Assembly (NCBI GenBank): GCA_963781585.1
Contig: CAWAGQ010000003.1
Location: 224,001 to 288,000, forward strand
Reading direction: 5' to 3'
Source: an uncultured Gemmatimonadaceae bacterium
Lineage (GTDB): Bacteria > Gemmatimonadota > Gemmatimonadetes > Gemmatimonadales > Gemmatimonadaceae
DNA length: 64,000 nucleotides
Part shown: piece after piece, positions 51,270 to 61,110 of the stretch
Layout: every line of letters begins with the position of its first letter
Position numbering within the stretch: position 1 is the stretch's first letter
Program-made: the position numbers and the translations under genes
Notes under the pieces: model-generated
What the model saw: the letters and a program-made list of their open reading frames with translations, nothing else
Databases searched by the model: none
What the model was told of the DNA's origin: nothing

Positions 51270-52039
51270 TGGACGTTGTGATTCTCGCGGGCGGACGAGG
51301 GACCCGGCTCGCCGAAGAGACCGTGCTGCGCCCGAAGCCGATGGTGGAAATTGGTGGCCACCCCATCCTTTGGCACGTGATGCGCATCTACGCGACGCAT
51401 GGCTTCACCCGCTTCTGCGTCGCCTGCGGTTACAAGGGGGAGATGATCAAGGCGTACTTCCAGGACTTCGTGGTCCACAACAGCGATTTCCGGGTCGATC
51501 TGGGGTCGGGACACATCCAGCGCCTGAACGAGAGTCCCGTCGACTGGCAGGTCACACTACTGGACACGGGCCTCGACACCATGACCGCCGGGCGCATTCG
51601 CCGCACGCTCCCGCAGCTGGAGCCGGGGTCGTTCATGGTCACCTACGGCGACGGACTGTCGAACATCGACGTGCGAGCTCTCGCCCGATTCCATCGGGAG
51701 CACGGCAAGCTTGCCACGGTGACCGCGGTACACCCGCCAGCGCGATTCGGAGACCTGAAGCTCGACGGCGACCGCGTGTCCGCCTTTTCCGAGAAGCCAC
51801 AGTCGCACGAGGGCTGGATCAATGGCGGCTTCTTCGTCTTCGAGCCGGGAGTCGCGCAATACCTGGATGGCGACGAACAGGTTCTCGAACGCGAACCGCT
51901 CACCCGGATGGCCGCCGACGGGCAGTTGATGGCGTACCGGCACTCGGGGTTCTGGCAACCCATGGACACCGTGCGCGAGCGGGAACTCCTCGAAACGATG
52001 TGGGCGAGCGGCCGCGCCCCATGGAAGACCTGGCAATGA
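51269..52039 (+). CDS. rfbF: Glucose-1-phosphate cytidylyltransferase
   Basis: ILAGGRGTRL, PKPMVEIG, TYGDG, WINGGFF and FWQPMDT. Confidence 0.92.
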   Translation: MDVVILAGGRGTRLAEETVLRPKPMVEIGGHPILWHVMRIYATHGFTRFCVACGYKGEMIKAYFQDFVVHNSDFRVDLGSGHIQRLNESPVDWQVTLLDTGLDTMTAGRIRRTLPQLEPGSFMVTYGDGLSNIDVRALARFHREHGKLATVTAVHPPARFGDLKLDGDRVSAFSEKPQSHEGWINGGFFVFEPGVAQYLDGDEQVLEREPLTRMAADGQLMAYRHSGFWQPMDTVRERELLETMWASGRAPWKTWQ

Positions 52040-53049
52040 CCTTCTGGAATCTGCGCAACGTCTTCGTCACCGGAGCCACCGGCTTGTTGGGCTCGTGGCT
52101 CACGACGGAACTGCTTCGCCGCGGCGCCAACGTGGTGTGCCTGGTGCGCGACTGGGCCCCCGACAGCGAAAGCGTGCTGGCCGGAACGCTGCAGCAGTGC
52201 CGACTGGTCCGCGGTGAGCTGGAGGACTACCCGCTGATCCTGCGCGCCCTCAACGAGTACGAGATCGATTCCGTCTTTCACCTCGGGGCGCAGACGATCG
52301 TGGGCACAGCGTCCAGATCGACCCTCTCCACATTTGAATCGAACATCCGGGGAACGTGGACCCTGCTCGAAGCCGCGAGGCTGTGCGGCCCGCGCATCGA
52401 GCGCGTCATCGTCGCCTCCAGCGACAAGGCGTATGGCGCGCACGACACGTTGCCATATACCGAGGCCACCCCGTTGGCAGGTCGGTTTCCCTACGACGTC
52501 TCGAAGTCCTGCGCCGACCTCATCGCGCAGGCTTACTATCACAGCTTCCGCCTGCCCGTGACCGTAACGCGCTGCGGTAACCTCTATGGCGGAGGCGACC
52601 TGAATTTCAATCGGCTCATTCCGGGCACGATCCGCTCTGCGCTCCGTGGTGAGTCGCCCGTCATCCGCAGCGACGGGACCTACGTCCGCGACTACTTCTA
52701 TGTCGGCGATGCGGTCAACGCCTATCTCCAACTCGCCGAAGCGGTGCCGGGCGATGGCTTCGTGGGCGAGGCCTTCAACTTCGGGACCGAGACCCCCATG
52801 TCGGTCCTCGACACGGCGAAAAAGGTGCTGGCGGTGATGGGGCAGTCGCACCTGCAACTGACGGTCCTGAATCAGGCCGTGAACGAGATCCCGCGACAAT
52901 TTCTGGACTGCTCAAAGGCACGAGCGCGGCTTGCGTGGCACCCGGCGAGCACTCTGGACGCCTCGCTTTCCGTCACCGCGGACTGGTACCGGTCGTGGTT
53001 TCGCGACCGTGAGAGGCGACCGGGCCGTCTCCCCTCCCAATCGCCCTGA
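52036..53049 (+). CDS. rfbG: CDP-glucose 4,6-dehydratase-like SDR
   Basis: FW..RNVFVTGATGLLGSW, ASSDKAYG, PYDVSK and RCGNLYGGGD; ATGA overlap with rfbF. Confidence 0.8.
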   Translation: MTFWNLRNVFVTGATGLLGSWLTTELLRRGANVVCLVRDWAPDSESVLAGTLQQCRLVRGELEDYPLILRALNEYEIDSVFHLGAQTIVGTASRSTLSTFESNIRGTWTLLEAARLCGPRIERVIVASSDKAYGAHDTLPYTEATPLAGRFPYDVSKSCADLIAQAYYHSFRLPVTVTRCGNLYGGGDLNFNRLIPGTIRSALRGESPVIRSDGTYVRDYFYVGDAVNAYLQLAEAVPGDGFVGEAFNFGTETPMSVLDTAKKVLAVMGQSHLQLTVLNQAVNEIPRQFLDCSKARARLAWHPASTLDASLSVTADWYRSWFRDRERRPGRLPSQSP

Positions 53050-53112
53050 GGCAGCCTCCCGCCAGGTTCCTACCTCGCATTCAAGGACCGACGGAGGAAA
53101 TGGCGTGCCGGG

Positions 53113-53130
53113 CGTAGCACAGGCGCCACA
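53113..53130. promoter_or_regulatory. Candidate enhancer site
   Basis: CGTAG-N8-CCACA matches the array at 34.0 kb and lies about 100 bp upstream of a GG-N10-GC site. Confidence 0.45.
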
Positions 53131-53224
53131 CAGCCCGCAGGTCAGTGACGTCCAGTCGCGTCCATCCATCGAGCAGTGAGACCAGCCCGTACGAGTTCAT
53201 CACGCCATAAGTTCATCCTTGCCA

Positions 53225-53241
53225 ATGGCTTGCCGTTCGCT
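53225..53241 (+). promoter_or_regulatory. Candidate internal sigma-54 promoter
   Basis: ATGGCTTGCCGTTCGCT (GG-N10-GC) in a 400-bp gap between genes. Confidence 0.5.
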
Positions 53242-53310
53242 CCGTCATTGGTGTTATGGGTTCACGATTTCTCAGGGAACGCGGATCCACCACCCCGAAG
53301 GAGACATTCC

Positions 53311-53457
53311 GTGGGCACCGTCGTTGCCCCTCTCCAACGCGAATCGTACATCGCCAGGCAGGTCTGGCGCGAAGGGACCCTGCGGCTGCAGGAGGTACGA
53401 GAAGGAGGCGGCGGGCTGGGTCAGGAGCCGGGGTTATTCATGGAGGCGCGGTCGTGA
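53311..53457 (+). CDS. Possible 48-aa leader/small ORF
   Basis: AAGGAG 7 nt before the GTG; the stop overlaps the next start (GTGA). Confidence 0.35.
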   Translation: MGTVVAPLQRESYIARQVWREGTLRLQEVREGGGGLGQEPGLFMEARS

Positions 53458-55034
53458 CGTTTCGCGGGCTGCAGATCCGGGTGTTTCTCACGTGCTGGCT
53501 CGTTTACGGCCTCCACTTCGACACCGAGTTCGTCCGCGAGCACTATCTGGTGGTCAGTATGGCCGAGGACCACTCGTTCGATCTGTCGAAGTACATGGCC
53601 CTGCATCCCGACATCTTCCGTAACCCTCCCAGCGCGCCACACGCGGGCGTTCATCATGGAGCGAATCCGGGCGTCTCGATGCTGGGCGCCCTGGTCTACG
53701 CGCCGTTCAAGCCGGTTGTAGACGTGATCGTGCGTCGGGAACTCGCATCGCGCGGTCCGCTGGATACGAGCGCGGTGTTCCGCGACGAAACCCGCCCGGG
53801 TCGGCTGCAGTTCTATGCCGAGACCCGTCGAATGGGTTTGGACGTTCGCTTCGGACTTGTGGTGATGATCACCGCAGTCCTTTGCATGGCGCCGATCGCC
53901 GCCGCCAGCGTCGTCGTAATGCTGCGCCTGTTCGAGGGGGCAGGACTCAGTCGCCGCCTGTCGCTCATGCTCGCGTTCGTCTACGCATTTGGGACACCGA
54001 TCTTCCTGCGCGCATCGTATCTCAATCAGAACCTGGCCATCGCCGTCTACTCGATTTTTGCCTTTCTCCTGCTGTGGAATCCGGGTGATCGAATCCGGAT
54101 GTCCGCTCGGCAACGGGAGATTCTCGCGGGAGCCATGGGCGGGCTGTGCGTGTTGCACGACTACAGTGGTGGCCTGTCGCTCGCCGTCATGGGCGTGTAC
54201 CTGCTATGGCGTGTGCGAAGCGAGCGCGGAGTCAACGAGGCACTTCGCTCCGGCCTTCGGTACGCAGTCGGCGCGGCTCCGGGCATCCTCCTGCTCTGGT
54301 TCTATCAGTGGCAGAGCTTCGGCAACCCGTTTCTTCCTCCGCAGCACTGGATGCCTCCCGTGGAGTGGAGCGACGTGGGCTACCAGGGCGTGGGGGGATT
54401 CACGTTCGAGCTGTTCCGGATGCTGCTCGTCGATCCGCGATTCGGACTGCTCGTCTGCTCGCCTGTGCTGATACTGGCGTTGGCGACGCCATTCCTCATG
54501 CGCCGGCGCGCGTCGTTCGTTCCCAGGCGGGAACTGCTGTTCTGCTATCTCTTCGTGGGTGCGTTCATCGCGTTCTTCAGCACGGTGCAATACACCCGCC
54601 TGCAATGGGTGAACGTCGGGCCGCGGTATCTCGCGCCGGCGATCCCTTTCCTGTTTCTAGCGGCCGCGCTGACGCTGGTGCGCCTGCCCCGGGTGGTGGC
54701 GTACGCGGTTGCCATCGTATCGTTCGTGGTCACATGGTCCATGACGATGGTGCGCAGCCAGGGCAGCGTGCTGGACTCGCTGGAAAAAGCGTTCATAGGC
54801 GGTATCCGTCTCCCCGCTCTGACTACCTTCTCCCGCATGTCCACACAGTACGCGTCCTGGCTCCACGGCGACGCGTCGCCGTTTCCAGTCCTTCTTCTCG
54901 CGGGAGCGGTGCTCTTCGCCATCTGGTGGATTCCCCGTCCGTGGGCCCCGGTCGTTCCGGCTGTTCAGGTGTCCGCGGCCGACGGCACGCACGCGGCTGA
55001 TCCGGACGCATTACCGCCGAGTCCTGCATCGTGA
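53454..55034 (+). CDS. Polytopic membrane protein, probable GT-C glycosyltransferase
   Basis: About 11-13 TM helices, a large first loop with acidic residues (DTEFVRE), FGTP, QSFGNPF and GPRYLAP. Confidence 0.62.
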   Translation: MTFRGLQIRVFLTCWLVYGLHFDTEFVREHYLVVSMAEDHSFDLSKYMALHPDIFRNPPSAPHAGVHHGANPGVSMLGALVYAPFKPVVDVIVRRELASRGPLDTSAVFRDETRPGRLQFYAETRRMGLDVRFGLVVMITAVLCMAPIAAASVVVMLRLFEGAGLSRRLSLMLAFVYAFGTPIFLRASYLNQNLAIAVYSIFAFLLLWNPGDRIRMSARQREILAGAMGGLCVLHDYSGGLSLAVMGVYLLWRVRSERGVNEALRSGLRYAVGAAPGILLLWFYQWQSFGNPFLPPQHWMPPVEWSDVGYQGVGGFTFELFRMLLVDPRFGLLVCSPVLILALATPFLMRRRASFVPRRELLFCYLFVGAFIAFFSTVQYTRLQWVNVGPRYLAPAIPFLFLAAALTLVRLPRVVAYAVAIVSFVVTWSMTMVRSQGSVLDSLEKAFIGGIRLPALTTFSRMSTQYASWLHGDASPFPVLLLAGAVLFAIWWIPRPWAPVVPAVQVSAADGTHAADPDALPPSPAS

Positions 55035-55855
55035 TGGCCGTCCCCCACGCATCCATGGATTCGCCTTCGCCGGCGGAACGCCGGAACGAGCCGTCGGTAG
55101 ACGTCGTGATTCCGGTGCTCAACGAAGCCCACGTGCTGGCCCGGAGCGTCGACACCCTGCGGAGCTTTCTGGCGACCCATCCCGGCATCAGGTGGCGGGT
55201 CGTGATCGTGGACAATGGGTCCACCGACGGCACCGACGAGGTTGCGCGGCGCATTGTCGCCACGTATCACCGCGACGTGCAGTTCGTGCAGCTGCCGCAG
55301 CGGGGTCGAGGGCGGGCGCTCCGGCACGCCTGGACGCAGAGCGACGCAGACATTCTGTGCTACACGGATGTGGACCTGTCAACGGAGCTGGCGGCGCTGC
55401 CCAAGATGGTGCAGGCGATTCTCGAGGAAGGCTACCACGTCGCGACGGGTTCGCGGCTGATGCGGGAATCGCGCACTACCCGCAGCTTCAAGCGTGAGCT
55501 CATCTCCCGGTGCTACAATCTCCTGGTCAAGGCGGTATTGTGGACGTCATTCAGTGACGCACAGTGCGGCTTCAAGGCGGTATGCCGGCAGGTCGTCTCC
55601 GAGGTCATTCCCGACGTCAAGGACCAGTCGTGGTTTTTCGACACCGAGTTGATGGTGCTCGCCGAGAAGCGAGGCTACCGCATCAAGGACGTCCCGGTGC
55701 ACTGGGTGGAAGACGACGACAGCAGGGTGAGAATCGTGCGCACCGCCTGGGACGACATCACGGGCGTCGTGCGGGTGCGGTGGACGTTGTGGCGCGAGGC
55801 GCTCTCACCGCAGCGCCGACGCCCGGTTCCGGTGTCGAAGCACACGCCTGCATAA
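55031..55855 (+). CDS. Dolichyl/polyprenyl-phosphate beta-glucosyltransferase-like GT2
   Basis: VIPVLNE, GRGRALR, YTDVDLST, DAQCGFKA and WFFDTE. Confidence 0.88.
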   Translation: MMAVPHASMDSPSPAERRNEPSVDVVIPVLNEAHVLARSVDTLRSFLATHPGIRWRVVIVDNGSTDGTDEVARRIVATYHRDVQFVQLPQRGRGRALRHAWTQSDADILCYTDVDLSTELAALPKMVQAILEEGYHVATGSRLMRESRTTRSFKRELISRCYNLLVKAVLWTSFSDAQCGFKAVCRQVVSEVIPDVKDQSWFFDTELMVLAEKRGYRIKDVPVHWVEDDDSRVRIVRTAWDDITGVVRVRWTLWREALSPQRRRPVPVSKHTPA

Positions 55856-55925
55856 CGACACGGCACGGACGTCCGATCCGCCGCACCGACCTCTCGGCCG
55901 AGGACGCTCTTCCGGTCCGTCCGGC

Positions 55926-56879
55926 GTGACGGGGATCTTCGTGACCGGGGCGAGCGGGTTCGTGGGCCGGCATCTTCTCCGGGCGCTCGACGCCGCCGGT
56001 GCATCGCAGGTGCTCTGCCTCACGAGAAACGCTGGCGGGCTGGCCGCGCTCGAGGCGTGGAATGACGGCTGGGAATGCATCTCCGGCGATCTCCTTGACC
56101 CCGCGTCGTACGCCGCACGCATCCCGGCCGGCGGCTGCGTGGTGCACCTGGCCGCCGCGGTCGGCAAGCGGCCCGGGCGTGACTACGAGCGCGTGAACGT
56201 GGATGGAACCAGAGTGCTCCTGGAGACGGCCGCGGCTGCCGGGGCGGCGCACTTCGTGTTCGCCAGCACAATCGCGACGACCTACCCCGACCTGGCCCGG
56301 TATCCCTATGCCCGCTCGAAGCGCGACGCCGAAGACCTGGTCCGTGCGGGTAGCCTTCCCTTTACCGTCCTCCGCCCCACCATCGTGCTCAGCGAGGGGA
56401 GCTACGCGCTGGCCGCGTTGCGGCGGATGGCGCTCCGGCGTCGCCCGATCGTGCCCGGCTCCGGACGTGTGGAAGTGCAGCCGGTGAGCGTGAACGATGT
56501 CGCGCGCGTGTTCTTCCGGGCGGCGGTCGATCGCTGGCCGGGCGAGACCGTCGACGTGGGGGGACCAGAGGTCGTGTCAATGGAGCGACTGCTGGCACTC
56601 ATTCGTGAGGCGCACGAATTGCCCCCTCGCGCGCCGATTCACGTTCCCATTCGGGCGATCCGACAGTTCCTCGCGCTGATCGAACCCCTGCTGGGGTTCA
56701 TGCTTCCGGTTACCGCCGGTCAACTCGCGGCCTTCGCGTTTCCGTCTCGTGCGGCGGAGAGCCCGAGAATGTCGGCTTTGCTGCCGGGACTGACGCCCCT
56801 GCGCGGCATGCTCGGTGGCGCGGCCGCAGACACGCGTCGTGACGACGCGCAGCCGCGCGCGCCTGCGGAATCGCGGTGA
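55926..56879 (+). CDS. NAD(P)-dependent SDR/epimerase family protein
   Basis: TGASGFVG, HLAA, YARSK and QPVSVNDVA. Confidence 0.82.
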   Translation: MTGIFVTGASGFVGRHLLRALDAAGASQVLCLTRNAGGLAALEAWNDGWECISGDLLDPASYAARIPAGGCVVHLAAAVGKRPGRDYERVNVDGTRVLLETAAAAGAAHFVFASTIATTYPDLARYPYARSKRDAEDLVRAGSLPFTVLRPTIVLSEGSYALAALRRMALRRRPIVPGSGRVEVQPVSVNDVARVFFRAAVDRWPGETVDVGGPEVVSMERLLALIREAHELPPRAPIHVPIRAIRQFLALIEPLLGFMLPVTAGQLAAFAFPSRAAESPRMSALLPGLTPLRGMLGGAAADTRRDDAQPRAPAESR

Positions 56880-57322
56880 GCCAGATGGCTGATCTCGCCC
56901 GCGAATGCGACGTCTTCACGCGGTATCTCGGACATCGCTCGACGCCGTATGTGACCGGCAAGTATCAGGACGGTCACGGCGCCATTCCGACGACTTCGCG
57001 CTCCGACCTGCTGGATCGGGCGTTGCTCGCGTTCGCGCGGGTGGCGCCGTGGGCGACCGGCCTCGCCGACACCTACGCCGCGCTCTTCCGACGCGATGCG
57101 CGGCTGCGCCTCAAACTCGTGCTGCTGGTGGCGATCCTCGAGAACGCGCCCGGCACCCATCGCTGGTTTGACGAGGCCATCGAGTCGACGCGCGCGACGG
57201 TGGCCGGCGTGATGCTGCTGACAGGGATCTCCTGGGCGCTCCGCACGGCGGTGGCCGTCGCCGTGTTCGCGCTTCCGCACCTGGCGTCGGGACTCAGCCG
57301 GAGCAGCGGCCGCGGTGGCTAG
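56876..57322 (+). CDS. Hypothetical protein with C-terminal hydrophobic helix
   Basis: Overlaps both neighbouring genes and has coding-like composition. Confidence 0.65.
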   Translation: MSQMADLARECDVFTRYLGHRSTPYVTGKYQDGHGAIPTTSRSDLLDRALLAFARVAPWATGLADTYAALFRRDARLRLKLVLLVAILENAPGTHRWFDEAIESTRATVAGVMLLTGISWALRTAVAVAVFALPHLASGLSRSSGRGG

Positions 57323-58943
57323 GGTGCTGGTGGTCGGCTCGGGCGCGTCGGGCGTCCACTTCGCCCTCTCGGCGCTCCAGCGCGGGCATCAGGTGGTGAT
57401 GCTCGACGTGGGTTACGCTCCGGCACGCGAGCAACCGGCGCCGCAAGCGGCGTATCGGGGGCTCAAGGAGACGCTCGACGACCCGGTGGCGTATTTCGTG
57501 GGAGAGCGCGTGGACGGCGTGGTGTACCCCGGACCGGTCACGAAGCATTTCGGCATCCCGCCGTCGAAGGACTACGTCTTCGCGCGTCCTCCCGCGTTCG
57601 CGCTCTCCACGACCGGGTTCGATCCGATGATCTCGTTCGCCCGCGGGGGCCTCGCGGAAACCTGGACTGCGGGGTGTTACGAGCTGAGCGACCACGACCT
57701 GGCCGACTTCCCGATTTCCTTCGCCGACCTCGCGCCCTACTACGCCGAGGTGGCCGGCCGCATCGGCGTGTCGGGCGAGCGGGACGACATCGCGCGCTTT
57801 TCGCCCTTCACCGCGAGCTATCTCGACGCCCTGCCCCTCGACGCGCACTCGCGGCGCCTGCTCGACCGCTATGCGGGAGCGCGCGATCGACTCCAGCGCG
57901 AGCTCGGATTCCACATGGGACGCTCGCGCGTCGCCACCCTCTCGCGCGATCACGCCGGCAGGAGAGCATGCAGCGGTCTGGGGCGATGCCTCTGGGGTTG
58001 CCCGACCGGATCGTTGTATGCCCCGTCGATGACGCTGGGCGAATGTCTCACCTGGACGCAGTTCGAGTACCTCTCCGGGTGCGAGGTCCGGTACTTCGAC
58101 TACGACACCGCCGGACGGGTGACACGCGTGGTGGCCCAGGCCGCGACCGGCGCCGGAGCCCGCGAGTTCTCCGCCGACGTGATCGTGCTGGCGGCCGGGA
58201 CGCTGGGCACGTCACGCATCTACCTGGCCTCGGTTTCGCGGCGGGAGCGGCGCCAGGTCTCGTTAGGTGGCCTGATGGACAACCCGCACGCGGTCATGCC
58301 GTTCATCACCCCTGCCCACCTCGGCTCCGCCATGGAGCCGGACTCGTACCAGTTCCACCTGTTGGCCCTGGCATTGGAACGCGACGACGGCACGCAGGCA
58401 GCGCACGGGCAGATCACCACGTTGCGAGCGGCCGCTGTCCACCCGATCGTACAGAGCCTCCCGCTCGACCTGCGGCGCAGTCTGACGACCTTTCGCCGCC
58501 TGCGCGCGGCCCTCGGGGTCGCCAACCTGTGGAGTCCGGGCGTCCGTCACGCTGACGATGCGGTCACCATCCGCCCCGCCGACGCGGGGCGTGAGGTGCT
58601 GGAGATTCACTGCCGAAGCGATGCCGAGTCGGACCGTGCCGTGCGCGCCGCGATCGCGCGCGTCCGGCGCGCGCTCTCACTTCTGGGGTGCGTGGCGCCG
58701 CGTGCGCTGACGCAGGTACTCCCTCTGGGATCGAGCGCGCATTATGCAGGAACGCTTCCCATGTCGGTTGACGAGCACGAGCACACGTGCTCCGCCGACG
58801 GGCGGGTGCGCGGATTCGAGAACCTCATCGTCGCGGACGGAGCGGCGTTTCCCGGACTTCCAGCCAAGAACCTGACGTTCACGCTGATGGCGAACGCAGC
58901 CAGACTTGCCGACCGCCTGGGGCGCGTCGGCGGCGGGGCGTGA
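57315..58943 (+). CDS. GMC-family FAD oxidoreductase
   Basis: VVGSGASG, GGLAETW, C...GRCLWGCP, LAAGTLG, HYAGT and PAKNLTFTLMANA. Confidence 0.85.
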   Translation: MARVLVVGSGASGVHFALSALQRGHQVVMLDVGYAPAREQPAPQAAYRGLKETLDDPVAYFVGERVDGVVYPGPVTKHFGIPPSKDYVFARPPAFALSTTGFDPMISFARGGLAETWTAGCYELSDHDLADFPISFADLAPYYAEVAGRIGVSGERDDIARFSPFTASYLDALPLDAHSRRLLDRYAGARDRLQRELGFHMGRSRVATLSRDHAGRRACSGLGRCLWGCPTGSLYAPSMTLGECLTWTQFEYLSGCEVRYFDYDTAGRVTRVVAQAATGAGAREFSADVIVLAAGTLGTSRIYLASVSRRERRQVSLGGLMDNPHAVMPFITPAHLGSAMEPDSYQFHLLALALERDDGTQAAHGQITTLRAAAVHPIVQSLPLDLRRSLTTFRRLRAALGVANLWSPGVRHADDAVTIRPADAGREVLEIHCRSDAESDRAVRAAIARVRRALSLLGCVAPRALTQVLPLGSSAHYAGTLPMSVDEHEHTCSADGRVRGFENLIVADGAAFPGLPAKNLTFTLMANAARLADRLGRVGGGA

Positions 58944-59055
58944 TCCGGGACCAATGTGCTGCGCCCGGCTGTCGGCCGCAGACCCGCGCAGCGTCAGTGG
59001 GATCCCGAGGTGCAGAGCACCTGAAGCCCGACATGGCCGGACGCGTCCGATCGGC

Positions 59056-60915
59056 TCAGGCGACGAGAAGGGAACGGCCCTCCAGCGTCGCGGTCAGGGG
59101 CACCGACAGCGCGTCGAGTATCGTCGGCGCGAGATCCAGCAGTGATGCGGACCCTTCCCGGAAGGAACGCGACATGAAAAGCACGCCCGGTACGAGGGTG
59201 GGATCAATGATGTGGTCGCCGCCCCATTTCCGCAGGTTGTCCTCGAACACCACCGCGGGCACGCTGCCTAACGCCGTATCCCAGGACACCCGGTAGCCTT
59301 CGGCAAAATCGACCACCACATCCGGCGACTCGTCGGCGAACGGTCCGGAATACAGCTGCCCGCGGGTGTGGGCCCCGCGCACTGCCACGACGCCGCGCTC
59401 CGGATCCACCAGTCCGGTGATGCGCCGAGCCACCTCGTCGCCTACGCGGTCCGCCTCGTCCCGGGCGACGATCCCCTCGGCATCTCGCCCGCGCACATTG
59501 ACGTAGACGCTTCCCAGTCCGAGTGCATAGGCGCGGGTGCGCCCCCAATCCACCTGTCGCAGAAAATCACCCGCCTCCGGGCCGGGCTGCACTCCAGCCT
59601 TCAACGCCAGGTATCCGTTGGCGTGCAACCAGGCATTGAGGTGGACGCCACGCTGAAACGACCTGAACCCGTGGTCGCTCAGGACCATGACCAGCGTGTC
59701 GTCGCCGCAGGCGTCGAGCACCCTGCCGACGACGCCGTCGCAGCGCTCGTAGTGTTCTTCGATGACGTGCCCGTACCGTGCGCGCTCGTCGGGCCGACGG
59801 CGATTGGCCGGGTGCTCCGGCTCGCCGAACCGCCAGAACATGTGCTGCACCCGATCCGGCGTGTCGAACAGGCAGAAGACAAGCCCGTTGCGCACTCGTT
59901 GCAGCTCAAGCATCAGCATGCGCTCGCGCTCGCGCATGACGTGCTCGCACTGCGCGAGAAATGCATCTTCCCCAAACCGTTCGTTCGTCAGTCCTGCATG
60001 ATCCTCCACCATGCCGGTCGTGTAGAACGGCCCCAGCTGTGCTGCCAGCTCGGCGGCGTACTCCCACGGGTGACTGATGGGAAAAGCCGGCGCCACCGGA
60101 TCGAAGTTCACGGGCGACGCGTGGAGCTCCACCGGCGACCCGGAGCCGACGAGCAGGAATCGCACCATTCCCGATGTGGATTGCAGAGGACCGGAGCGGA
60201 ACCTGAGGCGCAGCCAATCGCTCCACAGGCCCTCCCGAAGCTCCAGCGTGCGCGGCCGCCCGCGACTGAGGATCCGGGCGCAATGCGCTGAAGCATCGAT
60301 GCGCAGGGTAATCGCTTCGGTCACGTCGCCCCGCGTTCGCGGGTCGCGCGGTCCCACCAGGTGAGTCCGAAACTCGCCGCCCTCACCGGCCAGGCGCACC
60401 ACCTGTTCGCTGTCTCCGCGCGCCACATGGTCCGCGGTCGTGTAGAACGTCGAGGTGCCGATTCCGAGGCGCAGGTCGGGAACACCCATGCCCGAAAGCA
60501 ATCGTCCACGGAAGGCGGCCGGCGGATAGGTGCAGGGACACCGGATGATCGCCGATTCGACGCCGGCGTCAGAGAGGATCTCCCACACCGGCGTCCCGCG
60601 CCGGAGGTTCACGGCCTGTGGGGGGAGAAAGGCCCGGGTCTGTTCGTAGCGATTGAGACCGAGATCGGGAAGGTAGGTCGAGGGATCGCGTCGCAGAAAA
60701 TCGAAGATCCCATGACCCCCGGGATTCACCCCGGTCGCGAAGGTGGACCATGCCACCGGCGTCTGGGCCGGCGTCGTCGTCGCAACCCGCGAATACCCGC
60801 CGCGATCACGCAAGCGGGCCAGGTTGGGGAGTCGGCCGCGGGACAGCATCGCGTCCACAAGAGTGGGCTCGAAACCATCGAGCCCGAGAACGATCACCCT
60901 GGGTATCGCTCGCAC
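59056..60915 (-). CDS. Alkaline phosphatase superfamily (nucleotide pyrophosphatase/phosphodiesterase-type) protein
   Basis: VLGLDG, TPAQTPVAWST, DRVQH, SDHG and GDH; no signal peptide. Confidence 0.87.
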   Translation of the reverse strand: MRAIPRVIVLGLDGFEPTLVDAMLSRGRLPNLARLRDRGGYSRVATTTPAQTPVAWSTFATGVNPGGHGIFDFLRRDPSTYLPDLGLNRYEQTRAFLPPQAVNLRRGTPVWEILSDAGVESAIIRCPCTYPPAAFRGRLLSGMGVPDLRLGIGTSTFYTTADHVARGDSEQVVRLAGEGGEFRTHLVGPRDPRTRGDVTEAITLRIDASAHCARILSRGRPRTLELREGLWSDWLRLRFRSGPLQSTSGMVRFLLVGSGSPVELHASPVNFDPVAPAFPISHPWEYAAELAAQLGPFYTTGMVEDHAGLTNERFGEDAFLAQCEHVMRERERMLMLELQRVRNGLVFCLFDTPDRVQHMFWRFGEPEHPANRRRPDERARYGHVIEEHYERCDGVVGRVLDACGDDTLVMVLSDHGFRSFQRGVHLNAWLHANGYLALKAGVQPGPEAGDFLRQVDWGRTRAYALGLGSVYVNVRGRDAEGIVARDEADRVGDEVARRITGLVDPERGVVAVRGAHTRGQLYSGPFADESPDVVVDFAEGYRVSWDTALGSVPAVVFEDNLRKWGGDHIIDPTLVPGVLFMSRSFREGSASLLDLAPTILDALSVPLTATLEGRSLLVA

Positions 60916-61110
60916 CGGATGGCGTTATGCGGCGACGCTGCCAGAACCGTCAGGAGGAACGATTTCAGGCCCTTCGCCCATCGCGCGCATGACGCAACGG
61001 TGATGGCGACGCACACCACTGGATCGAAGCGCGGGAGGATGCGATCGAGTACAGGGATCGCGCGCCGGCCCGCAATTTCGGTGTCACCACAGCAACGTGT
61101 CCGGGCTCAA

